A DNA stretch of 64,000 nucleotides, from the NCBI GenBank assembly GCA_040755995.1, contig JBFMAF010000037.1, positions 192,001-256,000 on the forward strand. The letters are read 5' to 3'. Position numbers and translations under genes: made by a program. The notes under the pieces are model-generated. The model had not been told where the DNA came from, ran no database searches, and was given only the letters and a program-made list of their open reading frames with translations. This document shows, piece by piece, positions 19,657-32,443 of this stretch. Origin of the DNA: Acidobacteriota bacterium (GTDB taxonomy: Bacteria; Acidobacteriota; CAIWXX01). Every line of letters begins with the position of its first letter. The first letter of the stretch is position 1.

Positions 19657-21322
19657 CGGTGTGAAGGCCGAGCGGACCACGCAGGCCCGTGTGCCTCCTC
19701 CAAGGCGGCTCACGCGATACATTCTCTGCGTCGATGACGAACAGGCAGTGCTGAACCAGCTCATCCACCAGCTCACTCGCAAGTTCGGCAGGACGCACAG
19801 GATCGAGGGAGCGGAGAGCGCCGAGGAGGCGCTGCGACTCATCGAGGAGCTCCATCGGGAAGGGGGCCGCGTCGAGCTGGTCATATGCGACCAGATCATG
19901 CCGGGCATGCGGGGCGATCACTTCCTCGAGGTGGTCAATCGCGCACATCCGGACATCATCAAGATCCTCCTGACAGGCCACGCAGGGCTTGACTCCGCTA
20001 TATACGCCATCAACCACGCCGGCCTGAACAAGTACATCGAGAAACCGTGGGAGATCGAAGACCTCAACCTGACCATCCAGAATCTGCTGATTCAGTACGC
20101 ACTCGGCCAGGAGGTCCGTGACCACCATCGGGAGCTGGAGCAGAAGAATGCCAGCCTCCATCTTCTGCAGGACCTTGGATTGCGGCTCGCGGGCCTCCAT
20201 CAAGTGGACGACGCCATGCCGGTCGTCGTCGAGTACGCTCGCAAACTCGCCTCCTGGGCCAATGTCGCTCTCTTCCTCTCCGGAAGGACCCGTCGCACGA
20301 ACGTGGATGTGTGGAGTTTCTCGCCGGAGTTCGACCTGGATGACGCTGCACGCCGCGCCATTGCAGCCGCAGCGCTCGCGCGGTGCGCGCCGCCTCATCA
20401 GAGCTACCTCGAAATGGAGCTGCCGGGGAGCCCGCCTGCTCACCCTGGCGGACACTCGGCCCAGCCCCCGCCGACACAATTCGCGCTCTTCCCCCTCCGC
20501 ACGAAAGAACGCACGTACGGTGCGTTGATATGCGCCCATTCGCACGACGACCCGATTGCCACCTCCGATGCGGAGCTGTTGAACATCCTCACCAGCCATG
20601 TGTCGATGACCGTCGAAAACCGCCTGCTCATCGAACAACGCATACTGTCGGAGAAGCTGGCCGCCATCGGCCACATGGTCTCGGCCATCACCCACGACTA
20701 CCGCACTCCGATGACCGTCATCCGTGGATACGCCGAGCTTCTGGAAGCGGATGACCTCCCGCCTGCAGACCGCAGGAAGCTGGGGTCGCGAATCGGCGCC
20801 GAGGTCGAACGTATGCAGCACATGATCGAAGAGCTGCTGGACTTTGTACGAGGGGCCAAAGGAGAGCCCAAGCTCGCGCCCTGCCTGCTCCGAAATCTGT
20901 TCGAGACCCTGCAATCGGAGTTCGGCGCAGATCTCGCGGCGGGTGGTATCACGCTCGAATACCGCTTCGCCGACACCGGCATGGTCCTCGCCGACTGTGA
21001 CAGGCTCAAGCGCGCCTTCGCGAACCTCATCAGGAACTCGATCGACGCCATGCCTGACGGGGGCATCATCCGCGTGAATCTCGAGCTCGACGGCGACAGC
21101 TACAACCTACGGATAGCTGACAACGGAGTCGGCATCCCAAAGGAGAACCTGAGTCGTGTGTTCGAGCCCTACTTCAGCAGCGGAAAGCGCCACGGCCTCG
21201 GCCTCGGCACCAGCATAGCCCGAAACATAATCGAAGAACACGGCGGATCGATCACGGCATGGAGCGAGCCTGGAACTGGAACCACCTTCACGATCTTGTT
21301 GCCGCGGGCGCAACCCACTTGA
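19643..21322 (+). CDS. Cytoplasmic hybrid kinase: receiver, GAF-like, histidine kinase
   Basis: [17 protein letters not shown] and KPW receiver motifs; HDYRTP H-box; NSIDA, DNGVGI and GLGLG; start uncertain. Confidence 0.88.
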   Translation: MPRRDGVKAERTTQARVPPPRRLTRYILCVDDEQAVLNQLIHQLTRKFGRTHRIEGAESAEEALRLIEELHREGGRVELVICDQIMPGMRGDHFLEVVNRAHPDIIKILLTGHAGLDSAIYAINHAGLNKYIEKPWEIEDLNLTIQNLLIQYALGQEVRDHHRELEQKNASLHLLQDLGLRLAGLHQVDDAMPVVVEYARKLASWANVALFLSGRTRRTNVDVWSFSPEFDLDDAARRAIAAAALARCAPPHQSYLEMELPGSPPAHPGGHSAQPPPTQFALFPLRTKERTYGALICAHSHDDPIATSDAELLNILTSHVSMTVENRLLIEQRILSEKLAAIGHMVSAITHDYRTPMTVIRGYAELLEADDLPPADRRKLGSRIGAEVERMQHMIEELLDFVRGAKGEPKLAPCLLRNLFETLQSEFGADLAAGGITLEYRFADTGMVLADCDRLKRAFANLIRNSIDAMPDGGIIRVNLELDGDSYNLRIADNGVGIPKENLSRVFEPYFSSGKRHGLGLGTSIARNIIEEHGGSITAWSEPGTGTTFTILLPRAQPT

Positions 21323-21323
21323 T

Positions 21324-21344
21324 ATTTCAGATTGCAGATTGCAG
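21324..21344 (+). repeat. Heptamer tandem array ATT(T/G)CAG x3
   Basis: atttcag attgcag attgcag immediately after the kinase stop codon. Confidence 0.7.
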
Positions 21345-21380
21345 ACGGCCCTGGGCTGCTGCGATCGAAGGAGTTGCTTC

Positions 21381-22634
21381 ATGACTACATACCCGGATGC
21401 ACTACTTGACGATCAGGAACGCCGGCTGCGCGACGAGGTGCGCGACTTCGTCAGCTGGGTGCCGAAGCAGCTCATTCTCGACATGGACGCGGACAAGGTC
21501 CGCTTCCCCAGGGAATACCTGGAGGAAGCAGGCCGGCGCCGGTTGCTGGGCCTGCGGTTCTCCCCGGACTACGGCGGACGCGGACTGCCGTGGGGCAGCG
21601 AGATGATCGCCCTCGAGGAGATCGGAGTCCTCGGCACATCGCTCGCCTGCCTCTACTCGCTGGTCAGCATAGTAGGGGAGGCCGTCCATGTCTTCGGCAC
21701 GGAGGATCAGAAGCGGAAATACCTTGCGCCAATGGTTGCCGGAAAGCTCGGGCCCGCCGAGGCGCTGACGGAGCCACGAGGCGGCTCAGACTTCTTCGGC
21801 GCAGTCACCAAAGCCGTCCGCGACGGCCAGGAGTTCATTCTCAACGGCCAGAAGCGGTTCATCGTGGGCGCGGAAGGTGCCGACGTGTTCTTGGTCTACG
21901 CCAAGACCGATGCCACGGCCTCCCCCAGGAGGGCCATGACGGCGTTCCTTGTGGACAGGTCCGACCGCATCGCCGTCGAACACGTCTACGGCCTGATGGG
22001 GACGCGGGGCGGCGGCACCGGCCGGGTGCGGTTCCGCGATGCGCGCGTGCCCGGTGCGAATGTGCTGGGCGGCGAACCGGGCGTCGGGCGTGGCGCCGAG
22101 GTTTTCGACCAGATGATGATCCCCGAGCGCATGACGTCCGCCTGCGGCGCGTTGGGCATGGCGCGCGCCGCGCTGGAAGTGGCCGCCCGCTACGCGGCAA
22201 AGCGCAAGGCTTTCGGCCAGGAGATCCGCAAGTACGAGGCGGTGAGCTTCAAGATCGCCGACAGCCTCACCCAACTCGACGCCGCGCGCGGCCTCTGCCG
22301 CGAAACCTGCCGCGCGATCGACGGCAAGGTCGACCCAGGCCGCGTCCGCCGCATGGTCTCCGAGTCGAAGAAGTTCGCCACGGACATGGCGTGGAACGTG
22401 GTCAACGCGTCCATGCAGATCCTGGGCGGCATCGGCTACACGAATGTCTTCCCGGTCGAACGGCTGCTGCGCGACACCCGCCTGATCATGATCTGGACCG
22501 GCACCAACGAGATCATGGATCTGGTCATCCAGCACGAGTTTTACAAGGAGTTCGCCGGCGCAACGTCGAGCTGGCGCGACATCGAGCGCGACGCCGAAGG
22601 CGCCGATCTGCCGGAAGAGAAGGTGTACGAGTAG
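21381..22634 (+). CDS. Acyl-CoA dehydrogenase family protein
   Basis: [34 protein letters not shown] and [17 protein letters not shown]. Confidence 0.92.
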   Translation: MTTYPDALLDDQERRLRDEVRDFVSWVPKQLILDMDADKVRFPREYLEEAGRRRLLGLRFSPDYGGRGLPWGSEMIALEEIGVLGTSLACLYSLVSIVGEAVHVFGTEDQKRKYLAPMVAGKLGPAEALTEPRGGSDFFGAVTKAVRDGQEFILNGQKRFIVGAEGADVFLVYAKTDATASPRRAMTAFLVDRSDRIAVEHVYGLMGTRGGGTGRVRFRDARVPGANVLGGEPGVGRGAEVFDQMMIPERMTSACGALGMARAALEVAARYAAKRKAFGQEIRKYEAVSFKIADSLTQLDAARGLCRETCRAIDGKVDPGRVRRMVSESKKFATDMAWNVVNASMQILGGIGYTNVFPVERLLRDTRLIMIWTGTNEIMDLVIQHEFYKEFAGATSSWRDIERDAEGADLPEEKVYE

Positions 22635-22657
22635 TGACGCAGTGAGGCGGAGAGGAG

Positions 22658-22694
22658 GAGCCGCGGAGACGAGACGCAGAGACGCGGAGAGATG
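22658..22694 (+). repeat. Degenerate octamer array (GAGACGCG-like)
   Basis: gagccgcg gagac gagacgca gagacgcg gagagatg. Confidence 0.6.
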
Positions 22695-22819
22695 GGTGAT
22701 GACGCTGTCGATCTACAAAATGATGGCAACGAGTGGAGCCAGGTCTTCACTCTTGATTGCGGCGGCTGCGGGAGGCCCGAGGTCGCGGTCGGGCCTATGT
22801 TGGCTCCGACGACGCCCGC

Positions 22820-23305
22820 TCAGGCTTCGCCGGCGAGCTTGAGGACGGCGGCGCGAGTGTGGGGTGCGAGGCGGAATCGGAGATCGTGGAGGCGATCCAG
22901 AAGCGGCTTCACTTCCTCGATCAGGCCTGCTTCCTTGGCATCGAGCAGCACTCCGAGCGTGCCCTTCAGTGGCAGTCGGTGTGAGGTCGCCAACTCCCGC
23001 GCGAGGGCATCGTCGAGCACGACGACGGCGCCCCGGGTTTCGAGCCCGAGCATCAGGACCTCGGCTTCGCCCGGGCCCAAGTCTGTCAGCAGCGGGAGAG
23101 CCTTCTCCGACACCGGTCGCCGGATGGTCACCCACTCGATCGCGGCGAGATCCGGCAGGCTCACACCAAGGCCTCTGCCGACTGCCAGCTCATCCACGAC
23201 TGCAGGCGGGACTACGATGGAACCGCAGAGTTGCTTGAGCAGATCCAGGAGGCCGAGCTGGTACAGGTACTGGATGGGAGACGTGTTGCAGATCGTCTCA
23301 GCCAA
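22820..23305 (-). CDS. DUF3368 PIN-like putative toxin
   Basis: ICNTSPI, VPPAVVDEL, LGPGEAE, LDDALAR and GTLGVLL..K..GLI. Confidence 0.85.
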   Translation of the reverse strand: MAETICNTSPIQYLYQLGLLDLLKQLCGSIVVPPAVVDELAVGRGLGVSLPDLAAIEWVTIRRPVSEKALPLLTDLGPGEAEVLMLGLETRGAVVVLDDALARELATSHRLPLKGTLGVLLDAKEAGLIEEVKPLLDRLHDLRFRLAPHTRAAVLKLAGEA

Positions 23306-23549
23306 GCCGTGCCTCGGCCTTCAGATCATCCTCAGTGAGCTGGAACGTATCGACGCCGTAGTCGGCGAGTTTCGAGAGAAACACGGTTCGAGGCATCCCC
23401 GCCAACTTGGCAGCCGCGCCCGATGACATTCTTCCCAGCTCGAACAGCTTCACAGCCGCAGCCATTCTCAGCTCAGAAGCGGCATCGCTTGGGGGCAGAC
23501 GCAACGCTAGCAACGTCTCTTCTGGAACCTCGATCGTGATCCGGCACAT
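23298..23549 (-). CDS. UPF0175 family putative antitoxin
   Basis: AAVKLFELGRMSSGAAAKLAGMPRTVFLSKL..YGV; overlaps the DUF3368 gene. Confidence 0.88.
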   Translation of the reverse strand: MCRITIEVPEETLLALRLPPSDAASELRMAAAVKLFELGRMSSGAAAKLAGMPRTVFLSKLADYGVDTFQLTEDDLKAEARLG

Positions 23550-23564
23550 GGTGGCCCTCCTTCT

Positions 23565-23927
23565 TCACCCACGCCCGTTTGCACGGGCATGTCGATCAAG
23601 AAGCCCATCAATCATCTTGAGGACGACGCGAATGTCGGCCGAAGGGAGTTGTTCTATCCTCTGGAGTCGCTTGAGGAGCCGCGCTGCACGCGGATCAGGC
23701 GTTTCCTTCTGGGCCTTGAGGCCGAGGAGCTGGTCGGTGGACACTCGTAGTGCACGAGCAAGGTCGATGAGCAGCGCGCCGCGTGACTGGGCGTCCGCTT
23801 GTTCATAATAGGCGATCACCCGTTTGGACACGCCCACGGCTTCGCCTAGCTCTGCTTGAGTCATGGCCCGGCTCCGCCGGATGTCGGCGAGTCGCCTGCC
23901 GAAGCCCTTTAGGGTTCGCTCTTTCAT
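23565..23927 (-). CDS. XRE-family HTH transcriptional regulator
   Basis: FGRRLADIRRSRAMTQAELGEAVGVSKRVIAYYE...LARALRVSTDQLLG; alternative start at 23954. Confidence 0.85.
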   Translation of the reverse strand: MKERTLKGFGRRLADIRRSRAMTQAELGEAVGVSKRVIAYYEQADAQSRGALLIDLARALRVSTDQLLGLKAQKETPDPRAARLLKRLQRIEQLPSADIRVVLKMIDGLLDRHARANGRG

Positions 23928-24045
23928 GTGCACCGCAAGACAGGTCAGCTTCATCTGACACTTCCTGAGTACAGGAGCGAATTCCATAAGCGACTTTCCC
24001 ACTTGACAAACATGATACCATTATCGTATCTCTCCTGATGAGAAT

Positions 24046-24225
24046 TTGCCAGGGTGCCTTTTCTATCTCAGGCATTTCGTCCACCGGCCGCTTGAACGCG
24101 CCGTGGATGACATCCGGCGCGTGAGTAGTGAGACGATCGCCGAGTACACACGAGAGCTCCGGGCGCAACGGTATCGCTCGCAGAATAGCGGTCTGTGGCG
24201 GCCGCTCACGGCGCACGGGTTTCCT
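24046..24225 (+). pseudogene. Probable fragment of a tyrosine recombinase N-terminal (SAM-like) domain
   Basis: YLRHFVH...ERAVDDIRRVSSETIAEYTRELR...PLT resembles XerD-like N-terminal domains; no catalytic domain follows. Confidence 0.4.
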
Positions 24226-24507
24226 ATAGGGACGCCCGCGTGGCTGGGGGAACTCCACGGCGTCTGGACCAGCTTGTGGGCTCTCCCCGCACTCGCGACT
24301 CGCCCTATGGACTGCTGGTAGAGCCGGCCGACATCTCCTTCGACACCGCCCCCGCTCCAGCACACGTCGTGTTCTCGGCTCGACGGGGTGATCCGCTGCC
24401 CGGCGGCGGGCGTCTCCTCCCCGTAATCAACCCCGTGTTCGTAAACGGCGCTAAGATCGCGTTCCTCGCGAGCGAAGGGCAAGCTAATTGGAACGGCATG
24501 TGTGGCC

Positions 24508-24536
24508 TTGACTAGCGCCGGGGGACCGTTTAGATT
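24508..24536 (+). promoter_or_regulatory. Sigma70-type promoter of the ACIII/oxidase operon (probably leaderless)
   Basis: TTGACT-N17-TAGATT, with the actA ATG 8 nt after the -10 and no SD. Confidence 0.6.
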
Positions 24537-24544
24537 TCGGATCT

Positions 24545-25213
24545 ATGCCGAGCGGTGAATCCAGGTCTGGGTTCCTGTTCCCCAGGTGGACGAACTCGGT
24601 TCGCCCGCTTGTTGGGGCCGCGTTGGTGATCACACCGGCTTACATCGTCGCGTTGTTCTACTTCGGGGCTTCGCCGCGAACTACGGACGTTGGCTACGAG
24701 CCCAGGCAGCCGGTGCCGTACAGCCACGCGCTGCACGCAGGCGACCTTGGCATTGACTGCCGGTATTGCCATTCGACAGTCGAGGTGGCGGCGCGGGCGG
24801 CGATCCCGCCGACCCAGACGTGCATGAACTGCCACAGCCGGATCCGCGCGCAGAGCGCCAAGCTGATCCCCGTGAGGGAGAGCTACGCGACCGGCATGCC
24901 GATCGAGTGGGTTCGAGTGCACGATCTTCCGGACTTCGTCTACTTCAACCACAGCGCCCACGTCCGTCGTGGTGTGGGGTGCGTCTCGTGCCACGGACGT
25001 ATTGACAAGATGGAGGTCGTCTATCAGGCGGAACCGCTCAGCATGGGCTGGTGTCTCAGCTGCCATCGAGACCCGGAGAAACGGTTGCGGCCGCAGGAGT
25101 ACGTGACGAGGATGGACTGGGTCCCGTTCGAGGATCAGACTGCGCTGGGCAAGAGGCTGCGCGAGGCAAACAACATCAATCCCTCCGTGGACTGTTCGAC
25201 ATGTCACCGATGA
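24545..25213 (+). CDS. actA: Alternative complex III pentaheme cytochrome c
   Basis: One TM helix; five CxxCH motifs (CRYCH, CMNCH, CVSCH, CLSCH, CSTCH); HDLPDFVYFNHSAH. Confidence 0.93.
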   Translation: MPSGESRSGFLFPRWTNSVRPLVGAALVITPAYIVALFYFGASPRTTDVGYEPRQPVPYSHALHAGDLGIDCRYCHSTVEVAARAAIPPTQTCMNCHSRIRAQSAKLIPVRESYATGMPIEWVRVHDLPDFVYFNHSAHVRRGVGCVSCHGRIDKMEVVYQAEPLSMGWCLSCHRDPEKRLRPQEYVTRMDWVPFEDQTALGKRLREANNINPSVDCSTCHR

Positions 25214-28208
25214 AACAAGCAGGTAAGAGATACTGGCGAAGTCTCGACGAGCTCGCCGACTCGCCCGAGCTCCGCCGGCGGGTGGAGCGCGAGAGCCCGT
25301 CGCTGGCCTCGCAGATCTGGACTGCGGCGTCGCGCAGGGACTTCCTGAAGGCAATGGGGGCCTCGCTCGCGCTGGGCAGCCTCACGGGGTGCCGTTGGCC
25401 GAAAGAGAAGATCGTGCCGTACGCGCACCGGCCGGAGGGTCGTGTGCCGGGCAAGCCCGAGCAGTTTGCGACGGCAATGGAGCTCGCAGGAGTGGCGCGG
25501 GCGCTGCTGGTTACGAGCTATGACGGGCGGCCGCTGAAGGTTGAGGGGAACCCGGAGCATCCCGAGAGTCGTGGCGCCAGCGATGCATACGCGCAGGCGA
25601 GTGTCCTCGAGCTCTACGATCCTGACCGTAGCAAGGACGTGGTTCTCCGCCAGAACCGGCAGCGGATCGTTCAAACGTGGGATCAGTTCGATGCGTTCGC
25701 GAAAGCGGCATTCTCGGAGCTGCGGCGGAGGGGAGGAGATGGCTTCAGCGTCCTGAGCGAAGCATCGTCATCACCGAGTCTTTACGACATGCGCGCGCGT
25801 CTGCAGCAGGCCTTGCCGATGATGACGTGGTACGAATACGAACCCGTTTCGCGCGACAACGAGCGGCTCGGAACCGCGATGGCCTTCGGCAGGCCGTGCC
25901 GAGCTCATCCGGCTCTGGACCAGGCGGATGTCATCTTGAGCCTCGACAGCGACCTCCTGATGAACAGTCCGGTCGCGGTCAAGCACGCGATGGCCTTCGC
26001 CAGCCGGCGGCGCGCTGAAGACTTCCGCATGAACCGGCTGTACGTCGTCGAGCCGGTGGTTTCCGTGACAGGCGCGATGGCGGATCACAGGTGCGCGACG
26101 CCGTCTCGTCTGGTCCCTCGATTCGCGTGTAAGCTTGCCGGTGAGCTGACAAGCGACCCCGCCCTCGGTACCGCCGCCGACAAGGCCGCGCTCGCGCCGC
26201 TCCTGCAGCAGACGCTGCCTGCCATGCCGCCGTTCTTCGCCGACATCGTGCGAGACCTGCGCGAGAACAGGGGTAGGAGCCTCGTAGTGGCGGGGCCGCG
26301 GCAGAACCCTGGAGTGCACGCGCTTGCGGCTTGGCTGAACCACGTTCTGGGCAACGCCGGCAAGACGATCACATATACGGCCGAGGTCGATCCCGACCGA
26401 CCCGCCCACGTCGATGCCATGAGGGCGCTCGTATCGGAGATGAAGGCAGGCCGTGTCGACACGCTTCTGGTGCTCGGCGGCAACCCGGTCTACAACGCCC
26501 CGGCGGACCTGGAATTCGCGCAACAGCTCGATAGAGTGAAGACCCTGATTCGCGTCGGCCTCTACGAAGACGAGACTTCACTGGCCTGTGACTGGCACCT
26601 GCCGCAGGCGCACTTCCTGGAGTCATGGGGCGACGCCCGTGCATATGACGGGACGATCAGCATCGTGCAGCCGTTGATCGATCCCCTCTACGACGGCAGG
26701 ACACCGATCGAGATCCTCGCAACGGCTCTGGACGAGGAGCCCAGGAGATGCTACGACATCGTCCGCCGGACATTCGGCCGGCTCAGCAGCGCGGCTGATG
26801 TCGAACCGGCGTGGCGCCGGGCGCTCCATGACGGGCTCGTCGAGGGCACTCGCTTCAAACCTGATGTGCCGATGCCGCTCGCCGATGCCTTGAGCAAGGC
26901 TATTGAAGGGATCGAAAAGGAGGGAGGCGGATCTGATGCGTCTCCCATCGAAGTCGTGTTCGTTCAGGACCACAGCGTCCATGACGGGCGATACGCCAAC
27001 AGTGGATGGCTTCAAGAGATGCCGGACCCGCTGACAAAGCTGACGTGGGACAACGCAGCGGCCGTGAGCCCCGCCCTGGCTCGTGAGCAGAACCTGACGG
27101 AAGGCGACGTCGTGAGAATCAGCTGCGATGGCACGTCGATCGAGGCCCCGGTCGTCCTGCTGCCCGGACAGGCAACCGGCTCGATCGCCCTGCCCCTGGG
27201 CTACGGCCGGCGCGCCGCCGGCCGCGTCGGCACCGGTGTCGGCGTCGATGCGTACAATTTGCGGCCTTCCACCGCGATGTACACGCGAAGGGCCGATCTG
27301 ATGAAGACCGGCCGCCGCTACCCGCTGGCCGCAACACAGGATCATTTCATCATCGACCCGGTGGGCCATGAGGAACGCGAGCGGCGTTCGCGCGAGCTGA
27401 TTCGGGAGCTGACGCTCGCCGAGTACAAGGCCGGCCCGCGTCAGCTCGCGACAGAATCGGCGCGCAAGCCGAGGTTTTCTCTCTGGAGGGAGCACGAGTA
27501 CGAGGGGCATCGCTGGGCAATGGCCATCGACTTGAGTGTATGCACGGGCTGTAGCGCATGCGTCGTTGCGTGCCAGGCGGAGAACAACGTCCCGGTAGTG
27601 GGCAAGGACCAGGTCAAGCGGGGGCGCGAGATGCATTGGATTCGTGTGGACAGGTACTTCTCAGGCGATCCCGACTCCCCCTCCATCTCCTTTCAGCCGC
27701 TGACCTGTCACCACTGCGAGGACGCTCCGTGCGAGCAGGTCTGCCCGGTGGGAGCGACGCAGCACAGCCATGAGGGTCTGAACGACATGGTTTACAATCG
27801 TTGTGTCGGAACGCGATACTGCTCGAACAACTGCCCCTACAAGGTACGCCGCTTCAACTGGTTCAACAACCTGAAGCGCCTTTCGGACTTCCAGAAGATG
27901 CAATTGAATCCCGAGGTTACGGTGCGCAGCCGCGGGGTCATGGAGAAATGCACGTTCTGTGTACAGCGGATCAATCTGGCGAAGATCGCGGCCAAGAACG
28001 ACAGGCGCGCTCTGGTCGACGGCGGGATCACGCCGGCATGCGCGCAGGCATGTCCGACCGGCGCGATCGTTTTCGGCGATCTCAACGATGCGGAAAGCCG
28101 CGTCGCGAAGCTCCACGCCAGCGGGCGCTCGTATGCGCTGCTCGAAGAGCTCAACATCAAGCCGCGCACGAAATACCTGGCCCGGTTGAGAAACCCTGCT
28201 GAGCGAAC

Positions 28209-28212
<4 letters not shown>
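25210..28212 (+). CDS. actB: Alternative complex III subunit B (molybdopterin oxidoreductase-like plus Fe-S domain)
   Basis: YWRSLDEL leader; Tat/lipo signal SRRDFLK...[39 protein letters not shown] and [14 protein letters not shown] coupling to actA. Confidence 0.93.
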
Positions 28213-29675
<1,463 letters not shown>

Positions 29676-29686
29676 GGAGTACGATC

Positions 29687-30253
29687 ATGGCGTCCATTGA
29701 GAATCACGAGTCGGCGGGCGGCCCCAAGCGCATCCGCTACCTGCTCGCAGAATTCGAAACGCCGGAGGAGTTGCTTTCAGCTGCAGAACGCGTCCGCGAC
29801 GCCGGCTACACGCGGTGGGACGCCCACTCACCATTCCCCGTGCACGGGCTCGACGAGGCCATGGGCATCAAGTCCACCGTGCTCCCGTGGTTCGTGCTCA
29901 TGTGTGGGCTACTGGGCGCCGCCGGCGGCCTGGGGCTGGAGTGGTGGACGAACGCCTTCGACTACCCCTACCTGGTAAGTGGCAAGCCGCTGTTCAGCCT
30001 GCCTGCGAACATTCCGGTGATGTTCGAGCTCACGGTGCTGCTGAGCGCGGCAGGCGCGCTTGTCGGCATGCTGGCGTTCAACGGCCTGCCCGAGCTCTAT
30101 CACACGCTGTTCACGAGCAAACGGTTTCACCGTGCCACAACCGACCGGTTCTTCATCAGCATCGACGCCGGTGACCCGAAGTTCGATGCCGCCGGGAGCG
30201 AAGCCTTCCTGCGCGGCCTGGGCGGGGTGGAAGTGGAGAGCCTGGAGGACTGA
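29687..30253 (+). CDS. actD: Alternative complex III subunit D (DUF3341)
   Basis: DAHSPFPVHGLDEAMG and GKPLFSLPANIPVMFELTVL; two TM helices. Confidence 0.9.
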   Translation: MASIENHESAGGPKRIRYLLAEFETPEELLSAAERVRDAGYTRWDAHSPFPVHGLDEAMGIKSTVLPWFVLMCGLLGAAGGLGLEWWTNAFDYPYLVSGKPLFSLPANIPVMFELTVLLSAAGALVGMLAFNGLPELYHTLFTSKRFHRATTDRFFISIDAGDPKFDAAGSEAFLRGLGGVEVESLED

Positions 30254-30257
30254 GCCG

Positions 30258-30899
30258 ATGCCACGCTGGATACACATGGTTGTGGCGGTTGTCACCGTGT
30301 CGGCGCTCGTTCCGCTGGCCTTCATCGCGCGCGCGCGTTTCGTCAAGTCCGAGACTCCGCGCATCCACCTGATCGGCGACATGGACCAGCAGCCGAAGTT
30401 CCGAGCGCAGTCGCCGAACGCGCTGTTTGCCGACGGGAGGGCCATGCGCCCGGCTATTCCGGGCACAGTCGCACGTGGCGCCCTGAACGCAGACGACCAC
30501 TTCTACCGAGGCGAGGTGGGTGGGCAATGGGCCGTCGAGCTGCCGATGGAGGTGGACGAGACGATGATGAAGCGCGGGCAGGAGCGCTTCGGCGTCTTCT
30601 GTTCGCCGTGCCACGGGCTGGCGGGCGCGGGTGACGGGATTGTGTCGAAGCGGGCCGACAGGCTGCAGGAAGGCACCTGGACGCCGCCGCCGTCGTATCA
30701 CACCGATGCGATCAGGTCCCGCCCTGTGGGCCAGATATTCAACACGATCACCAACGGCGTGAGGACAATGCCCGCATACGGCCCGCAGATTCCTGAAGCC
30801 GACCGGTGGGCGATAGTAGCATACGTGCGCGCGCTACAGCGCAGCCAGAACTCCCGCATGGAAGACGTGCCGCCCGAGCTTCGAGCCGCGATCCGGTGA
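30258..30899 (+). CDS. actE: Alternative complex III monoheme cytochrome c
   Basis: DMDQQPKF, GTVARG, CSPCHG, MPAYG and DRWAIVAYVRALQ. Confidence 0.9.
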   Translation: MPRWIHMVVAVVTVSALVPLAFIARARFVKSETPRIHLIGDMDQQPKFRAQSPNALFADGRAMRPAIPGTVARGALNADDHFYRGEVGGQWAVELPMEVDETMMKRGQERFGVFCSPCHGLAGAGDGIVSKRADRLQEGTWTPPPSYHTDAIRSRPVGQIFNTITNGVRTMPAYGPQIPEADRWAIVAYVRALQRSQNSRMEDVPPELRAAIR

Positions 30900-30908
30900 G
30901 GAGACACG

Positions 30909-32117
30909 ATGCACTCTGCGATTGATCTCTCCAAGGAGCGGCTCAGACTTCCGGCCGCCGCGAATGTGCTCGCGTGGGCTTTCGGCGTGCTCGGACTCCT
31001 GGGGCTTGCTGCAAGCTTCTGGCTGGGGTACCGTTCTCCTGAAGGGCCGTCGCACGTACTGCACTCCTATCTGGTGAGCCTGGCGTTCTTTCTCAGCATT
31101 GCCCTCGGGGCCCTGTTCTTCGTGATCCTGCAGCATGCAACGCGCGCCGGGTGGAGCGTCGTCTTGAGGCGGATCGCCGAGATCGTCGCCGCCAATATCC
31201 CAATCCTGGCGCTGCTGGCGATCCCCGTGGCAATCGGCATCCACCACCTCTATCACTGGGCGGACCCCGCTGCCGTGGCCGGAGACCAGCTGTTGCGGGA
31301 GAAGTCTCCGTATCTGAACCCGAGCTTCTTCGTGCTGCGTCTGCTCGCCTATTTCGCGCTCTGGAGCGCTCTCTCGACCTACTACCTTCGGGCTTCGCTC
31401 AAGCAGGACCAGTCCGGCGACGCGACCCTGACGCTGCGCATGCAGCGCCTGGGCGCTCCGGCCCTGTTGCTGTACGGCATTACGGTGACCTTCGCGTCGT
31501 TCGATCTGCTCATGTCGCTCGACCCGCACTGGTTCAGCACGATCTACGGCGTTTACTTCTTCGCAGGCGGAGTCGTGGGGTTCTTCGCCCTGCTGCCGCT
31601 CGTCATCTACGTCCTGCAGCGCTCCGGATACGCCGCACACGCTATCACGATCGAGCACTACCACGACATGGGAAAGCTGCTGTTCGCGTTCGTGGTCTTC
31701 TGGGCGTACATCGCTTTCTCACAGTATATGCTGATCTGGTACGGGAACATGCCGGAAGAGACCGACTGGTACTTCGATCGACAGGCGGGCGGTTGGGCCT
31801 GGGTGAGCCTGGCGCTGCTTTTCGGGCACTTCATCGTCCCCTTCCTGGCAGTGCTGTCACGCGTTCCAAAGCGCAGTAAGGCGCTTCTGGCAGGTGTCGC
31901 CCTGTGGGTACTGGCCATGCACTGGATCGACCTGTACTGGCTGGTCATGCCGGGAGCAGAGGGGCATCCGGTGCTGCCGGGGTTGGCTGACCTGGCGTGC
32001 ACGGTAGGCATCGGTGGACTGCTGGTCGCCGCCACTGTGTTGCGCATGCGCCGCCACGCGTTGATCCCGGTCGGAGATCCGCGACTCGACGAGTCGCGCC
32101 GCTTCGAGAATGCATAG
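30909..32117 (+). CDS. actF: Alternative complex III subunit F
   Basis: YLNPSFF..R, DLLMSLDPHWFSTIYG and WAYIAFSQYMLIWYGNMPEE; about 10 TM helices. Confidence 0.9.
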   Translation: MHSAIDLSKERLRLPAAANVLAWAFGVLGLLGLAASFWLGYRSPEGPSHVLHSYLVSLAFFLSIALGALFFVILQHATRAGWSVVLRRIAEIVAANIPILALLAIPVAIGIHHLYHWADPAAVAGDQLLREKSPYLNPSFFVLRLLAYFALWSALSTYYLRASLKQDQSGDATLTLRMQRLGAPALLLYGITVTFASFDLLMSLDPHWFSTIYGVYFFAGGVVGFFALLPLVIYVLQRSGYAAHAITIEHYHDMGKLLFAFVVFWAYIAFSQYMLIWYGNMPEETDWYFDRQAGGWAWVSLALLFGHFIVPFLAVLSRVPKRSKALLAGVALWVLAMHWIDLYWLVMPGAEGHPVLPGLADLACTVGIGGLLVAATVLRMRRHALIPVGDPRLDESRRFENA

Positions 32118-32125
32118 GGACATCG

Positions 32126-32443
32126 GTGAAGGATAGCGACATCGACACCTCGATGACCGTCGTCATCGGCATAGTCGGGACAATCCTGATCTTCGTTATC
32201 GTCATTGCCCTGCAAGCGGTGTACCACCGTGCAGAGGAGGCGGAAAACGTCCAGAAGGTGGTCTTGGTTGCGCCCGAGGAGCTCGGACGGCTCCGCGCCG
32301 ATCAGCTCGAGCTGCTCAACAGCTACCACTGGATCGATCAGAAGGGCGGGGTGGTGGCCATCCCGATCGATGAGGCGATGAAGCTCGAGGCACGGGAGTT
32401 GAATGCGGAGCGGTCTGCCGCTCGGGATGGAAGTGGTAGATGA
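32126..32443 (+). CDS. actG: Alternative complex III subunit G-like single-TM protein
   Basis: TM helix then LNSYHWIDQKGGVVAIPIDEAM; lies between actF and sco; GTG start inferred. Confidence 0.7.
   Translation: MKDSDIDTSMTVVIGIVGTILIFVIVIALQAVYHRAEEAENVQKVVLVAPEELGRLRADQLELLNSYHWIDQKGGVVAIPIDEAMKLEARELNAERSAARDGSGR

Noticed and set aside
22695..22740. Relic of a four-helix-bundle gene after the octamer array (MTLSIYKMMAT)
   Set aside because: Only about 10 residues of resemblance; too short to support.
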